Shown one piece after another: positions 9,226 to 19,669 of a stretch of DNA of 64,000 nucleotides; position 1 is the first letter of the stretch, and every line of letters starts with the position of its first letter. Below the pieces are notes generated by a model. It saw only the letters and a list, made by a program, of their open reading frames with translations, did no database searches and was not told the origin of the DNA. The position numbers were made by a program, and so were the translations under genes. This stretch comes from Flavobacteriaceae bacterium (GTDB lineage Bacteria; Bacteroidota; Bacteroidia; Flavobacteriales; Flavobacteriaceae), in NCBI GenBank assembly GCA_009886625.1, contig QXZA01000027.1, positions 293-64,292 on the forward strand, written 5' to 3'.

Positions 9226-11391
9226 ATGCACCGCAAACTTATTCTGCCCAATCTATTCTTCTTTTTTTCTACTCTGCTACTGGGTCAAGTAAACACAAAC
9301 AACTACCGCCTTTCTATTCAAAAAACAAATGAAAAAATAAAGATCGATGGAGTTTTAGATGAAGCCACATGGAAAAATGCAGCAGTTGCTGGGGATTTCT
9401 TTATGATCACCCCAGTTGACACTGGTAAGGCTACTCAATTTTCTGAAGCAAGAATGAGTTTTGATGATGAAAACTTATACCTCTCTATCATTTTCTTCAA
9501 CAATAGCACTCAAGGAGCTTATGTAGTAGAATCATTAAAGCGTGATTTTTCATTTGGAAAGAATGATAACTTTTTAGTAGCCATTGATCCCTTCAATAAT
9601 CAAAATACTGGATTTGCATTTGGACTAAATGCATACGGAGCTCAGTGGGACGGAACAATGTTCAATGGAAGAAATGTTGATTTAAATTGGGATACCAAAT
9701 GGTATTCAGAGGTACAATTTGATGAAGAAAAATGGGTGTGTGAAATTGCTATTCCTTTTAAATCCATTCGTTACAATGAAGACATTTCTGAATGGGGAAT
9801 TAACTTTAGCCGTTTGGATTTAAAGGCAAGTGAAAAATCAAGTTGGGCCCCTGTTCCAAGACAATTTCCCTCAGTGACCTTAGCTTATGCAGGGGCTTTA
9901 GTTTGGGAAACCCCTCCCCCCAAACAAAGTAGTAATGTTTCGCTTATTCCGTATTTGTCGAATAATCTAAATAGTGAAAACAACACAACACCAAACAATG
10001 CTTTTAAAGTAGGTGGAGATTTAAAATACAGTCTCACTTCTGCATTGAATCTTGATGTTACCATAAATCCAGATTTTTCTCAAGCAGAGGTCGATCAACA
10101 AGTAACCAACTTGGATCGATTTGAGCTCTTTTTTCCAGAAAGACGGCAGTTTTTTTTAGAAAATGCAGACTTATTTTCCAATTTTGGATACCGATCCATC
10201 CGTCCCTTTTTTTCAAGGCGAATCGGACTAAACGTTCCCATTCAAGGTGGGATTCGTTTAAGTGGAAATCTAGATGAAAATTGGCGAGTAGGGCTTATGA
10301 ACATTCAAACCCGTAAAGACGATGAACTAAACTTAGCGGGGGAAAACTTTGGTGTGGTCACACTTCAAAGAAAAGTCTTTGACCGCTCTAACATCAGTGC
10401 CATTTTTGTAAACAAACAAGCTATTAGATTCAATGAAAATCAAAACAACACTTCAAAATACAATCGCAATGTAGGGTTAGAATACAATTATTTTTCAGCT
10501 GATAATTTATGGAGTGGAAAGTTACTATTTCTCAAATCCCTGAGTCCAATCGCTACGCAACAAGGTGAAGTATTTGCTTCACATTTTGGATATCAATCTA
10601 CTCGATGGAATTGGCGTATTCAACAAGAATATATAAGTGGGGATTACAGCGCTGAAGTAGGATTTATACCAAGAAACAATTACATTAAACTGGAAGCTAC
10701 AGGAGGTTATTTATACTATACTAAAAAAGATACTCAGCTACTTGCCCATGGGCCTAGATTGGGAAGAACCTATTATTTTGATACTGATTTTAATAAAAAA
10801 GATCAAACCCAACAGTTTGACTATTTGTTCAATTTTAAAGATCGAAGTAGATTCACTATAGGGGTAAAACGCCAGTATATTGAATTACTTTCTGATTTTG
10901 ATCCCTTACGAACTCAAAAAGCAAAACTTGAAGCGGGAACAAAACATGAATGGACAAGCTTAACCCTTTCTTATGTTGCCAAACCGCAGAATCGATTTAC
11001 CTATTCGGCAGAAGTCATTGCAGGGGGGTATTATGCCAGTGGAAAACGCAATGCCTTTTTGGGAGAATTTGGTTATCGCTTTCAACCCTATTTAGAATTG
11101 AGTTCCTTAGTGAATTACAATCAAATTGAATTACCTGCACCTTGGAACACCAATTCGTTTTGGCTTTTGGGTCTCAAGTCTAACTTGACATTAACTAATA
11201 AAATTTTCTTTTCTAATCTCTTCCAATATAACGAACAATTAGGGCTATGGAATTTCAACTCCCGCTTTCAGTGGAGATACAAACCTGCTTCAGATATTTT
11301 CTTAGTATTTAATAGTAACGAGATAAGTGTTCCTAATGTCGCTACTGGCTGGAACCTTACCCTAAAGGTAAATTATTGGCTAAATCTTTAA
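9226..11391 (+). CDS. secreted protein, CBM9-like N-terminus plus large beta-rich domain (DUF5916-like)
   Basis: Signal peptide, then IDGVLDEATWKNA...DFF (CBM9-like). The long C-terminal part has alternating beta-strand-like sequence ending ...LKVNYWLNL. The family assignment is from memory. Confidence 0.5.
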   Translation: MHRKLILPNLFFFFSTLLLGQVNTNNYRLSIQKTNEKIKIDGVLDEATWKNAAVAGDFFMITPVDTGKATQFSEARMSFDDENLYLSIIFFNNSTQGAYVVESLKRDFSFGKNDNFLVAIDPFNNQNTGFAFGLNAYGAQWDGTMFNGRNVDLNWDTKWYSEVQFDEEKWVCEIAIPFKSIRYNEDISEWGINFSRLDLKASEKSSWAPVPRQFPSVTLAYAGALVWETPPPKQSSNVSLIPYLSNNLNSENNTTPNNAFKVGGDLKYSLTSALNLDVTINPDFSQAEVDQQVTNLDRFELFFPERRQFFLENADLFSNFGYRSIRPFFSRRIGLNVPIQGGIRLSGNLDENWRVGLMNIQTRKDDELNLAGENFGVVTLQRKVFDRSNISAIFVNKQAIRFNENQNNTSKYNRNVGLEYNYFSADNLWSGKLLFLKSLSPIATQQGEVFASHFGYQSTRWNWRIQQEYISGDYSAEVGFIPRNNYIKLEATGGYLYYTKKDTQLLAHGPRLGRTYYFDTDFNKKDQTQQFDYLFNFKDRSRFTIGVKRQYIELLSDFDPLRTQKAKLEAGTKHEWTSLTLSYVAKPQNRFTYSAEVIAGGYYASGKRNAFLGEFGYRFQPYLELSSLVNYNQIELPAPWNTNSFWLLGLKSNLTLTNKIFFSNLFQYNEQLGLWNFNSRFQWRYKPASDIFLVFNSNEISVPNVATGWNLTLKVNYWLNL

Positions 11392-11395
11392 TCGC

Positions 11396-12007
11396 ATGAG
11401 TGCATCAAAACAACATTGGGAACAGGTTTTTACCTCTAAAAGTCCACAAGAAGTAAGCTGGACACAAGAGTATCCTTCCACTTCTATGGAATTAATTGAA
11501 TCATTCAAGCTTCCAAAGTCAAGTGCTCTTATTGATATTGGTGGGGGTGACAGTAACCTTGTAGACGCCCTCTTAGCAAAAGGATATAGTGATATTACTG
11601 TCTTGGATATTTCTAAGAAAGCCTTAGATCGGGCGCAGAAGCGATTAGGTGAACATGCACAAAAAGTAAAGTGGATTGTGAGTGATATCAATGACTTCAA
11701 ACCGCAAAGAGATTATGCTATATGGCATGATCGAGCTGCATTTCATTTCCTAACTCAAAAAGAAGACATTCATCATTATACTCAAAATGTAAGTAGCTAT
11801 GTTTCCAGTGCGCTAATTGTAGGTACTTTCTCTTTAGAGGGACCCAAAAAGTGTAGTGGATTACCCATTTCCCAATATAGCTGTGAAGGAATGACGGAAA
11901 ATTTTGCTGAACACTTTCAATCCCTAGAATGCAGACAAGAAAACCATACAACACCCTTCAACACTGTTCAAAAGTTTACTTTTAGTCGATTTCTTAAAAA
12001 AGGATAG
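11396..12007 (+). CDS. class I SAM-dependent methyltransferase
   Basis: Motif I LIDIGGGDSNL, then an acidic residue at the end of strand 2 (ITVLDIS). Confidence 0.7.
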   Translation: MSASKQHWEQVFTSKSPQEVSWTQEYPSTSMELIESFKLPKSSALIDIGGGDSNLVDALLAKGYSDITVLDISKKALDRAQKRLGEHAQKVKWIVSDINDFKPQRDYAIWHDRAAFHFLTQKEDIHHYTQNVSSYVSSALIVGTFSLEGPKKCSGLPISQYSCEGMTENFAEHFQSLECRQENHTTPFNTVQKFTFSRFLKKG

Positions 12008-12009
12008 GT

Positions 12010-12714
12010 CTAACTTTTTTCTTTTTCAATTTCTCCTTTAATAATTCGATTCCACATTTCATATCCCTTAGCATTTAAATGCAATTGATCTTCCACAAAC
12101 CATTCAGGCTTGGGTTGTCCGTTTTCATCTAAAAATTCTGGAACTGTATCGATAAAGTAAAGGTTTTCTGTTTTTTCACAATAAGCTTTTATCAAACTAT
12201 TTACTTCTTTTATTTCAGGCCAAACTTTCCACCTACTCTTTGTTGGAGTAATTGCAATTTGCATGATGGGAATTTTAGGATGTTTCGCTCTTACTTGATC
12301 TACAAAGTATTTAAAAAGCTTCAGTACTTCTTTAGGGGTTCCATCATTAGGAGAGCCACTTATATCATTTGCCACAAAACACACTACCATACTTAATGGG
12401 TGATTTGCCAAAATAGATTCGGTAAAAAAAACCATATCTCTAAAATGTGCTCCTCCATATCCTCGCTGAATTACTGCATAAGGTTTCATATCTGTCTCCA
12501 ATGTTTTCCATAAACGAATACTCGAACTCCCAATAAACAAAACGGCATCGTCAGCATAGGTTTGTGTATTATCTAAATGCTCAAAGGCCTCAATTTCCGG
12601 ATACGCCCACTCACGTTCTTTTGCTGAATACTTTTTCAGAGGAGAGCATGAATTTAAAAACAGTGCTACAAGAGCTATGGATAAAAATAAAGTGTGATTT
12701 AGTTTCATCAGCAT
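12010..12714 (-). CDS. SGNH/GDSL-type hydrolase lipoprotein
   Basis: Lipobox LFLNSC, block I-like FIGSSS, and C-terminal DQLHLNAKGY (DxxH block). Confidence 0.65.
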   Translation of the reverse strand: MLMKLNHTLFLSIALVALFLNSCSPLKKYSAKEREWAYPEIEAFEHLDNTQTYADDAVLFIGSSSIRLWKTLETDMKPYAVIQRGYGGAHFRDMVFFTESILANHPLSMVVCFVANDISGSPNDGTPKEVLKLFKYFVDQVRAKHPKIPIMQIAITPTKSRWKVWPEIKEVNSLIKAYCEKTENLYFIDTVPEFLDENGQPKPEWFVEDQLHLNAKGYEMWNRIIKGEIEKEKS

Positions 12715-12776
12715 CTTAAAATTTTGAATAAATTAGAAAACTAAATTAATCCTTTTTAACCTATTATTTAAGTTCT

Positions 12777-13043
12777 ATGAAATTTAAACTCCCCATTTCT
12801 GTTCTGCTCTTCCTTTCCTTTTGGTTTGTTAATGCTCAAAACAGTAACATTCAAATTTACACTCCTGCTGGAGCTAAGAAAAATGAACTTTTTCAAAAAG
12901 AAAACAGTCACCTCTATGGAGGGATTGGTCTACGGTTTATACACAAATTCATTAATAGTGTTACGCTGCGAATTGACTCCGACTTTTCGTTAAACGATCC
13001 CTCAAAAAGAGGGATCGTTTTTGGTATTGGTCAGTACTTTTAA
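12777..13043 (+). CDS. small signal-peptide protein, possibly a remnant of an outer-membrane beta-barrel gene
   Basis: 88 aa. Signal peptide MKFKLPISVLLFLSFWFVNAQ and a C-terminal ...GIVFGIGQYF (aromatic terminal residue). Too short for a barrel, and a perfect terminator hairpin lies inside its 3' end. Confidence 0.35.
   Translation: MKFKLPISVLLFLSFWFVNAQNSNIQIYTPAGAKKNELFQKENSHLYGGIGLRFIHKFINSVTLRIDSDFSLNDPSKRGIVFGIGQYF
12992..13022. terminator. strong hairpin between convergent genes
   Basis: AAACGATCCCTC-aaaaa-GAGGGATCGTTT is a perfect 12-bp stem, followed by extra T on the plus strand. Confidence 0.6.
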
Positions 13044-13046
13044 GGC

Positions 13047-14642
13047 TTACAATAAGTAATCTGTACTCACAAAATTGGATTCGTTTGAATTCAACAGTGT
13101 TTCTAAAATTTCATTGTTGTAAGGAGAATCTTTTGCCGCAACAAAAGTTCGGATAGAAAAAGAACGAAGCGCATCATAGACACTCAAGGTTCCTACTGCC
13201 GAATTTTTTCTTCCTGCAAAAGGGTACACATCTGGACCCCTTTGGCAAGCTGAATTTAAATTCACTCGACACACTAAATTAGCAAGCGTATCGATAAGCG
13301 GTCCAATTTTTCTTACATCACGTCCAAACAAACTTACTTGCTGTCCATAGTCCGAGGCTGCCATAGCATCTAAAGGCTCTTCAATCTCTTTGTAAGAAAT
13401 GATGGGAATCACAGGGCCAAATTGTTCTTCGTGATACACATTCATGCTATCATCTACGGGATACAATACCGCTGGAAAACAATAATTATCTGTCACTTCT
13501 CCCCCACGTTTGTTCAATACTTTGGCGCCTTTAGAGACAGCATCATCTATTAATGCTTTTATGTATTCTGGCTTTGCTGGCTCAGGAAGGGGGGTTAAAA
13601 AAGTATCTTCCCAAGGCATTCCAAATTTAAGCGTATCAACAGCTTTTGAAAAACGTTGATTAAATTCATCCACTAAAGATTCATGCACATACAAAACCTT
13701 TAGGGCCGTACACCTCTGTCCATTATAGGACAAGGTTCCAGAAATACATTCTTTTATTGTTAAGCTTAAATCAGCATCGGGTAGAATAATCCCAGGGTTT
13801 TTTGCTTCAAGCCCTAACACCAATCGGAGTCTGTTTTTATTTGGGTGTTCGTCTTGCAAAGCAACCGCCGAAGAACTGTGACCGATCAAAGCGAGCACAT
13901 CAACTTTTCCCGTTTGCATAATAGGACTTGCAATTTTACGCCCACGTCCAAAGACAATATTTACTACTCCTGGAGGAAAACTTTCTTGAAATGCTTGCAA
14001 TAAAGGCGCGATCAGAAGTACACCATGTTTTGCAGGTTTAAAAATCGCAGTATTCCCCATAATAATGGCAGGAATCAACAAACAAAAAGTTTCGTTTAAT
14101 GGATAGTTATAGGGACCCAAACAAAGAACTACCCCCAAAGGACCTCGACGAATGTGAGCATGAACCCCTCCTTGTTTATCGAACTTAGCTCCTTTTCGAT
14201 CTAAATTTTTATAGGCATCAATCGTATCGACTATATAATCTACGGTTCTATCAAATTCTTTATAGGAATCTGATTTGTTTTTACAGATTTCCCACATTAG
14301 TAATTTCACTACCTCTTCTCTGTGTTCCTTCATTTTCTCAACAAAGGTTTCCATACACTTCAAACGGTCCCCTACTTTCATTGTAGGCCAAATCCCCTGG
14401 CCTCTCTGGAAAGCCATTTCAGCTGCATTAAGAGCTTCTAAGGCTGTTTCTGTTTCCATGTCAGGTATTGATCCCAAGAGGGTGGAGATGGTCTCCCCAG
14501 ATTCATTGACTGTCTTAATAGTTGAAAATACGTCGGTGGTATTCCCTTGCCATGTTTTCAGTTGACCGTTGACTAAATATTGGTCACATACATAGGGTTT
14601 TACTTGAAATTCCTTAGGAATATCATTTAAATTGACTTTCAT
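13047..14642 (-). CDS. aldehyde dehydrogenase family protein, GapN-like (non-phosphorylating GAPDH type)
   Basis: 531 aa with catalytic Glu in LGLEAKNPG and catalytic Cys in NGQRCTALK. The subfamily call is from overall resemblance only. Confidence 0.7.
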   Translation of the reverse strand: MKVNLNDIPKEFQVKPYVCDQYLVNGQLKTWQGNTTDVFSTIKTVNESGETISTLLGSIPDMETETALEALNAAEMAFQRGQGIWPTMKVGDRLKCMETFVEKMKEHREEVVKLLMWEICKNKSDSYKEFDRTVDYIVDTIDAYKNLDRKGAKFDKQGGVHAHIRRGPLGVVLCLGPYNYPLNETFCLLIPAIIMGNTAIFKPAKHGVLLIAPLLQAFQESFPPGVVNIVFGRGRKIASPIMQTGKVDVLALIGHSSSAVALQDEHPNKNRLRLVLGLEAKNPGIILPDADLSLTIKECISGTLSYNGQRCTALKVLYVHESLVDEFNQRFSKAVDTLKFGMPWEDTFLTPLPEPAKPEYIKALIDDAVSKGAKVLNKRGGEVTDNYCFPAVLYPVDDSMNVYHEEQFGPVIPIISYKEIEEPLDAMAASDYGQQVSLFGRDVRKIGPLIDTLANLVCRVNLNSACQRGPDVYPFAGRKNSAVGTLSVYDALRSFSIRTFVAAKDSPYNNEILETLLNSNESNFVSTDYLL

Positions 14643-14666
14643 AGTTTTTCTTTTTCTTAGCTTTTT

Positions 14667-15920
14667 CTATTTCAAAAATTGAAACAAGTTTTCTTTTTCG
14701 TTTAAATAGTCGAAATTGAAGTTATGGTTTTTCATTCGATCTACCAAAAACCCTAAATCATCTTTTGATTTCAATTCAATTCCAACAACTGCTGGGGCAA
14801 CACTTTTACTGCTTTTCTTTGAAAATTCAAAATGGGTAATGTCGTCGTCTGGACCTAAGACTTCATTTACAAACTGCTTTAATGCCCCGGCCCTTTGCGG
14901 AAAATCAATAATAAAATAGTGTTTCAAATTTGCGTACACTAAAGCACGCTCCTTTATTTCAGGCATTCTTAAGATGTCATTATTTCCTCCACACAACAGT
15001 ACTCCTATATTCTTATTTTTAAGATCATATTCCACCAAATCAAGAGCAGCAATTGCAAGTGCTCCTGCTGGCTCAGCAACTATTCCCTCTTTGTTATAAA
15101 GATCCAGTATAGCTTGACAAATTTTTCCTTCAGGGACATGAACTAAATCGTCCAAAAATTCTTTGCAAATTTCAAAAGGTAGTGCTCCTACTTGGCGAAC
15201 CGCTGCGCCATCCACAAAACGATCCATCTCTTTAAGTGGGATGCGCTTATTTAATTCCAAAGCCAACTTCATAGATTGTGCCCCTTCAGGTTCAACTCCT
15301 ATTATCTTGGTCTTGGGAGATAAGGCTTTAAAAACAGTAAGAATTCCCGAAACTAAACCTCCACCACCTACGGGGACAAAAATATAATCAAAACCTTCGG
15401 TGTGCTGAGCAATTATCTCGAGTGCAATGGTGGCTTGTCCCTCGATTACTTGAACATCATCGAAAGCATGAATAAATGTTTGCCCTTCTTTTTTTGCAGT
15501 TTCCAGCGCTACTTTTTGGCAGGCGTCATAGGTATCCCCAGTCAAAATAGTTTCAACAAATCCCTCTCCAAACATTTTTACTTGAGCTATTTTCTGTTGT
15601 GAAACTGTCGCTGGCATATAAACTCTCCCACTTATTTTTAAGTGATTACAGGCAAAAGCAAAACCTTGTGCATGATTTCCTGCACTGGCACACACAATCC
15701 CTCTTTCTCTTTCTTGAGGGGTTAATGAGACTATTTTATTATACGCCCCTCGAATTTTGAAAGAACGTACTTCCTGTAAATCCTCCCGCTTTAAAAAAAC
15801 AAAAGCGCCTGTCATTTCTGACAAGCGCTTATTCAATTCCAAAACGGTTTCTTTACAAACCTCTTTAAGTTGAAGTTTGGCATGTTGAATACCTTCTAAT
15901 GAAGGGCTCTGCAATTTCAT
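14667..15920 (-). CDS. ilvA: threonine ammonia-lyase (threonine dehydratase)
   Basis: PLP lysine motif SFKIRGAYN, glycine loop VPVGGGGL, a C-terminal ACT-like regulatory domain, and its position at the end of the ilv operon. Confidence 0.9.
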   Translation of the reverse strand: MKLQSPSLEGIQHAKLQLKEVCKETVLELNKRLSEMTGAFVFLKREDLQEVRSFKIRGAYNKIVSLTPQERERGIVCASAGNHAQGFAFACNHLKISGRVYMPATVSQQKIAQVKMFGEGFVETILTGDTYDACQKVALETAKKEGQTFIHAFDDVQVIEGQATIALEIIAQHTEGFDYIFVPVGGGGLVSGILTVFKALSPKTKIIGVEPEGAQSMKLALELNKRIPLKEMDRFVDGAAVRQVGALPFEICKEFLDDLVHVPEGKICQAILDLYNKEGIVAEPAGALAIAALDLVEYDLKNKNIGVLLCGGNNDILRMPEIKERALVYANLKHYFIIDFPQRAGALKQFVNEVLGPDDDITHFEFSKKSSKSVAPAVVGIELKSKDDLGFLVDRMKNHNFNFDYLNEKENLFQFLK

Positions 15921-17392
15921 TATACAATCTTTTTCATCGCAACCATAGAGGCACGAAGATCATATCCTATCATTTCAACAGGGTGATAACGAATAATTTC
16001 ATTGATATCAATGAGTTGTTTATTATCCACTCCTGTATCGGATGAAGTTAATCTCCCTCCAATGACGTCTTTTTTGATTCCTTTCATAAACTCAACCAGC
16101 ATTGGTTTTGCTGCATGATCAAAAAGATAACATCCGTATTCTGCAGTATCTGATATGATACGATTCATTTCAAATAATTTTTTACGGGCAATGGTATTTG
16201 CAATTAATGGTGTCTCATGTAGAGATTCATAATATGCAGATTCTTCTTTAATCCCTGCAGCCACCATAGTGTCAAATGCTAATTCTACACCAGCACGAAC
16301 AAAAGCGACCATCAAAATACCATGATCAAAAAATTCTTGATCGCTAATCGCTTGATCAGTAATTGCAGTTTTTTCAAAAGCAGTTTCACCTGTAGCTGCT
16401 CTCCATGCCAATAAGTTTTTATCGTCATTGGCCCAATCTTCCATCATTGTTTTAGAAAAGTGTCCTGACATAATATCGTCCATGTGTTTCTCAAATAAGG
16501 GAGCCAAGATTTCCTTTAATTGTTCTGACAATTCAAATGCCTTAATTTTTGCTGGATTGGACAAACGGTCCATCATATTGGTGATACCTCCGTGCTTCAA
16601 AGCTTCAGTAATAGTTTCCCAACCGTATTGAATCAATTTTGCAGCATAAGCAGCATCTATTCCTTCTTCTACCATTTTGTCAAAACTCAAGATAGAACCA
16701 GTTTGAAGTACACCACATAATATTGTTTGCTCTCCCATTAAATCTGATTTTACCTCAGCAACAAAAGAAGATTCCAATACACCTGCACGATGTCCTCCAG
16801 TAGCAAATGCATAGGCTTTTGCTTGAGCTAATCCGTGAGCTTGTGGGTCATTTTCTGGGTGAACGGCAATCAAGGTAGGCACACCAAATCCTCGTTTGTA
16901 TTCTTCTCTAACTTCTGAACCTGGACATTTGGGTGCAACCATAATTACTGTCAAATCTTCTCTAATTTTTGTTCCTTCCTCAACAATATTAAATCCGTGA
17001 GAATAAGACAAGGTCGCTCCTTTTTTCATAAGAGGCATTACCGCATTTACTACCGGTGTATGATTCTTGTCTGGAGTAAGGTTAATTACTACATCTGCAC
17101 TAGGGATTAATTCTGCATAGGTTCCAACTTTAAAATCATTGGATACAGCATTTTGATAGGAGGCTCTTTTTTGTTCAATGGCACCATCACGTAAAGCATA
17201 AGAAATATCGAGTCCTGAATCACGCATATTAAGTCCTTGATTAAGACCTTGCGCACCACAGCCTACAATAACGATTTTCTTTCCTGCTAAAGCTTGAATT
17301 CCATCTTCAAATTCGGAAGCATCCATAAACCGACACTGCCCAAGTTGATGTAATTGGTCACGTAATGATAATTGATTGAAGTAATTTGACAT
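15920..17392 (-). CDS. ilvC: ketol-acid reductoisomerase, long (class II) form
   Basis: 490 aa with Rossmann motif [15 protein letters not shown] and a duplicated knotted C-terminal domain of the expected length. Confidence 0.93.
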   Translation of the reverse strand: MSNYFNQLSLRDQLHQLGQCRFMDASEFEDGIQALAGKKIVIVGCGAQGLNQGLNMRDSGLDISYALRDGAIEQKRASYQNAVSNDFKVGTYAELIPSADVVINLTPDKNHTPVVNAVMPLMKKGATLSYSHGFNIVEEGTKIREDLTVIMVAPKCPGSEVREEYKRGFGVPTLIAVHPENDPQAHGLAQAKAYAFATGGHRAGVLESSFVAEVKSDLMGEQTILCGVLQTGSILSFDKMVEEGIDAAYAAKLIQYGWETITEALKHGGITNMMDRLSNPAKIKAFELSEQLKEILAPLFEKHMDDIMSGHFSKTMMEDWANDDKNLLAWRAATGETAFEKTAITDQAISDQEFFDHGILMVAFVRAGVELAFDTMVAAGIKEESAYYESLHETPLIANTIARKKLFEMNRIISDTAEYGCYLFDHAAKPMLVEFMKGIKKDVIGGRLTSSDTGVDNKQLIDINEIIRYHPVEMIGYDLRASMVAMKKIV

Positions 17393-17404
17393 GATTTTTA
17401 TTGA

Positions 17405-17932
17405 TTATTGTTTTTTAAAGGTATTTAATATTTCTGAAATGCCCATTTTGGCTTTGGTTACTGAAATGCGTCCAGAACGAACAAACTGTAATAAACCATA
17501 GGGGGCTAAGTCCTTGCGCAATTGTTCTGTCTCCTCTCTGAAACCTGTTTTCTCGATTACAAAAAATTCAGGAGAAACAGTGACTATGGTAGCGTGACTC
17601 TCTTTAATAATGTTCTGTATTTGTCGTTCTTCAAACAAAGAACTTGACTTTACTTTGTACAAAGCGTTTTCTTGAAAAATAGTTTCTTCATCGGTATGAT
17701 AATACGCCTTAATCACATCGATTTGTTTTTCAATTTGTTGCACAACTTTATGTACTTTTTCTGGCGCTATATTGACAACAATTACAAACCGAAATACATT
17801 GGGAATCTCTGATTCAGAGGTAGAAAAACTCTCTAAATTGATGTGTCGCTTTAAAAAGATTGCCGAAATACGATTGAGCAATCCGATATTATTTTCGGAA
17901 TAAACCGAAATGGTATATGTTTTTAATTCCAT
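17405..17932 (-). CDS. ilvN: acetolactate synthase small (regulatory) subunit
   Basis: 175 aa with an ACT domain start YTISVYSENNIGLLNRISAIF. It lies immediately downstream of the large subunit. Confidence 0.9.
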   Translation of the reverse strand: MELKTYTISVYSENNIGLLNRISAIFLKRHINLESFSTSESEIPNVFRFVIVVNIAPEKVHKVVQQIEKQIDVIKAYYHTDEETIFQENALYKVKSSSLFEERQIQNIIKESHATIVTVSPEFFVIEKTGFREETEQLRKDLAPYGLLQFVRSGRISVTKAKMGISEILNTFKKQ

Positions 17933-17933
17933 C

Positions 17934-19667
17934 TTATTCTAATCTAATATCCGACACACTAGCTCCTGTGGGTATCATTGGGAAGACATTGTCTTCTTTT
18001 TCCACACATATTTCTAGAAAATAAGGTTTGTCAGAAGCCATCATTTTGGCGACTGCTTGATCTAAATCCTCTCTATTGTCTACTCGATCGGCTTCTATAT
18101 AATATCCCTTAGCAATTGCAACAAAATCAGGATTTGTCATTTCTGTAGAAGCATAACGTTTGTCAAAAAACAATTGCTGCCATTGACGTACCATTCCTAA
18201 AAAGTCATTGTTTAAAATCACAATTTTCACAGCAACTTGTTGTTGGAAAATTGTTCCCAACTCTTGTATGGTCATTTGATAACCACCATCCCCAATAACG
18301 GCTACAACCTCTCTTGAGGGAGCTCCCATTTTAGCGCCAATTGCTGCTGGCAGTGCAAAGCCCATCGTTCCTAGTCCTCCAGAGGTTACATTACTTTTGG
18401 ACTGAGTAAACTTGGCATAGCGACAAGCAACCATCTGATGTTGCCCAACATCGGTTACAATAACAGCATCTCCTTTGGAATGTTTGTTGATCATCTCCAC
18501 ACTCTCTCCCATAGTCAAGCCAGGTTTAGTAGGATGTAAATCGCCATCGATCACTTTTTCATTCTCAATAGCATCTAAATCATCAAAACGTTTGATCCAT
18601 TCCGGATAGGATTTTGTCTCAATTTTGTCTGTGAGTGCTTGTAAACTAATTTTACAATCACTAAGAAGTGATACATCCGCCTTGACATTCTTGTTCACCT
18701 CGGCCGGATCAAGTTCTAGATGAATGATTTTTGCTTGCTTTGCATAGGTTCTTAGGTCCCCAGTCACTCGGTCATCAAAGCGCATCCCAATGGCAATTAA
18801 CAGATCGCATTCATTAGTTAATAAATTGGGTGCATAATTCCCATGCATTCCCACCATTCCTCTATTAGAAGGATGTGCCGTGGGTAAAGCCGAAAGCCCT
18901 AAAATAGTCCATGCAGCAGGAATTCCTGACTTTTCAAGGAATGCCTTAAACTCTTGTTCTGCTTGTCCTAGAATAACACCTTGACCCCAAACAATAAAAG
19001 GTTTTTTTGCTTCCCCAATCAGTTGGACAGCTTGTTCAAGACTCTCGTTTACTAGCTTAGGATAAGGCTGATAACTGCGTATGCCCACGCATTTTTCGTA
19101 AGTAAAATCAAACAGTTCAAATTGTGCATCCTTGGTGATGTCAATTAATACGGGACCAGGTCTCCCAGAACGAGCTATATAAAATGCTTTGGCCATGATT
19201 TCTGGAATCTCACTGGCTTTAGTGATTTGATAATTCCATTTGGTTACTGGAGTTGAGATTCCAATTATGTCGGTTTCTTGAAACGCATCAGAACCTAATA
19301 AATGAGAAGCCACTTGTCCTGTGATACACACCATAGGAGTAGAATCAATTTGTGCGTCGGCTATACCCGTAACAAGATTGGTAGCACCGGGTCCAGAAGT
19401 TGCCATAGCAACTCCAACTTTCCCTGAGGTACGTGCATATCCTTGGGCAGCATGAGTAGCGCCTTGTTCATGGCGTGTTAAGACATGATGTAATTGATCT
19501 TGAAATTTATAGATCTCATCGTAAATAGGCATGATAGCTCCGCCTGGATAACCATAAATCAGATTTGCATCTTCGGCTAACAGGCATCGAATTACTGCTT
19601 CAGCTCCAGATATTTGAAGTGGTGCAGCGGTACCTTTTGGACTTTTATGTTTTGCTTTTGTTTCCAT
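17934..19667 (-). CDS. ilvB: acetolactate synthase large subunit
   Basis: 577 aa with ThDP motif GDGGYQM...NN and N-terminal GYPGGAIMPIYD. Confidence 0.95.
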   Translation of the reverse strand: METKAKHKSPKGTAAPLQISGAEAVIRCLLAEDANLIYGYPGGAIMPIYDEIYKFQDQLHHVLTRHEQGATHAAQGYARTSGKVGVAMATSGPGATNLVTGIADAQIDSTPMVCITGQVASHLLGSDAFQETDIIGISTPVTKWNYQITKASEIPEIMAKAFYIARSGRPGPVLIDITKDAQFELFDFTYEKCVGIRSYQPYPKLVNESLEQAVQLIGEAKKPFIVWGQGVILGQAEQEFKAFLEKSGIPAAWTILGLSALPTAHPSNRGMVGMHGNYAPNLLTNECDLLIAIGMRFDDRVTGDLRTYAKQAKIIHLELDPAEVNKNVKADVSLLSDCKISLQALTDKIETKSYPEWIKRFDDLDAIENEKVIDGDLHPTKPGLTMGESVEMINKHSKGDAVIVTDVGQHQMVACRYAKFTQSKSNVTSGGLGTMGFALPAAIGAKMGAPSREVVAVIGDGGYQMTIQELGTIFQQQVAVKIVILNNDFLGMVRQWQQLFFDKRYASTEMTNPDFVAIAKGYYIEADRVDNREDLDQAVAKMMASDKPYFLEICVEKEDNVFPMIPTGASVSDIRLE

Positions 19668-19669
19668 AA

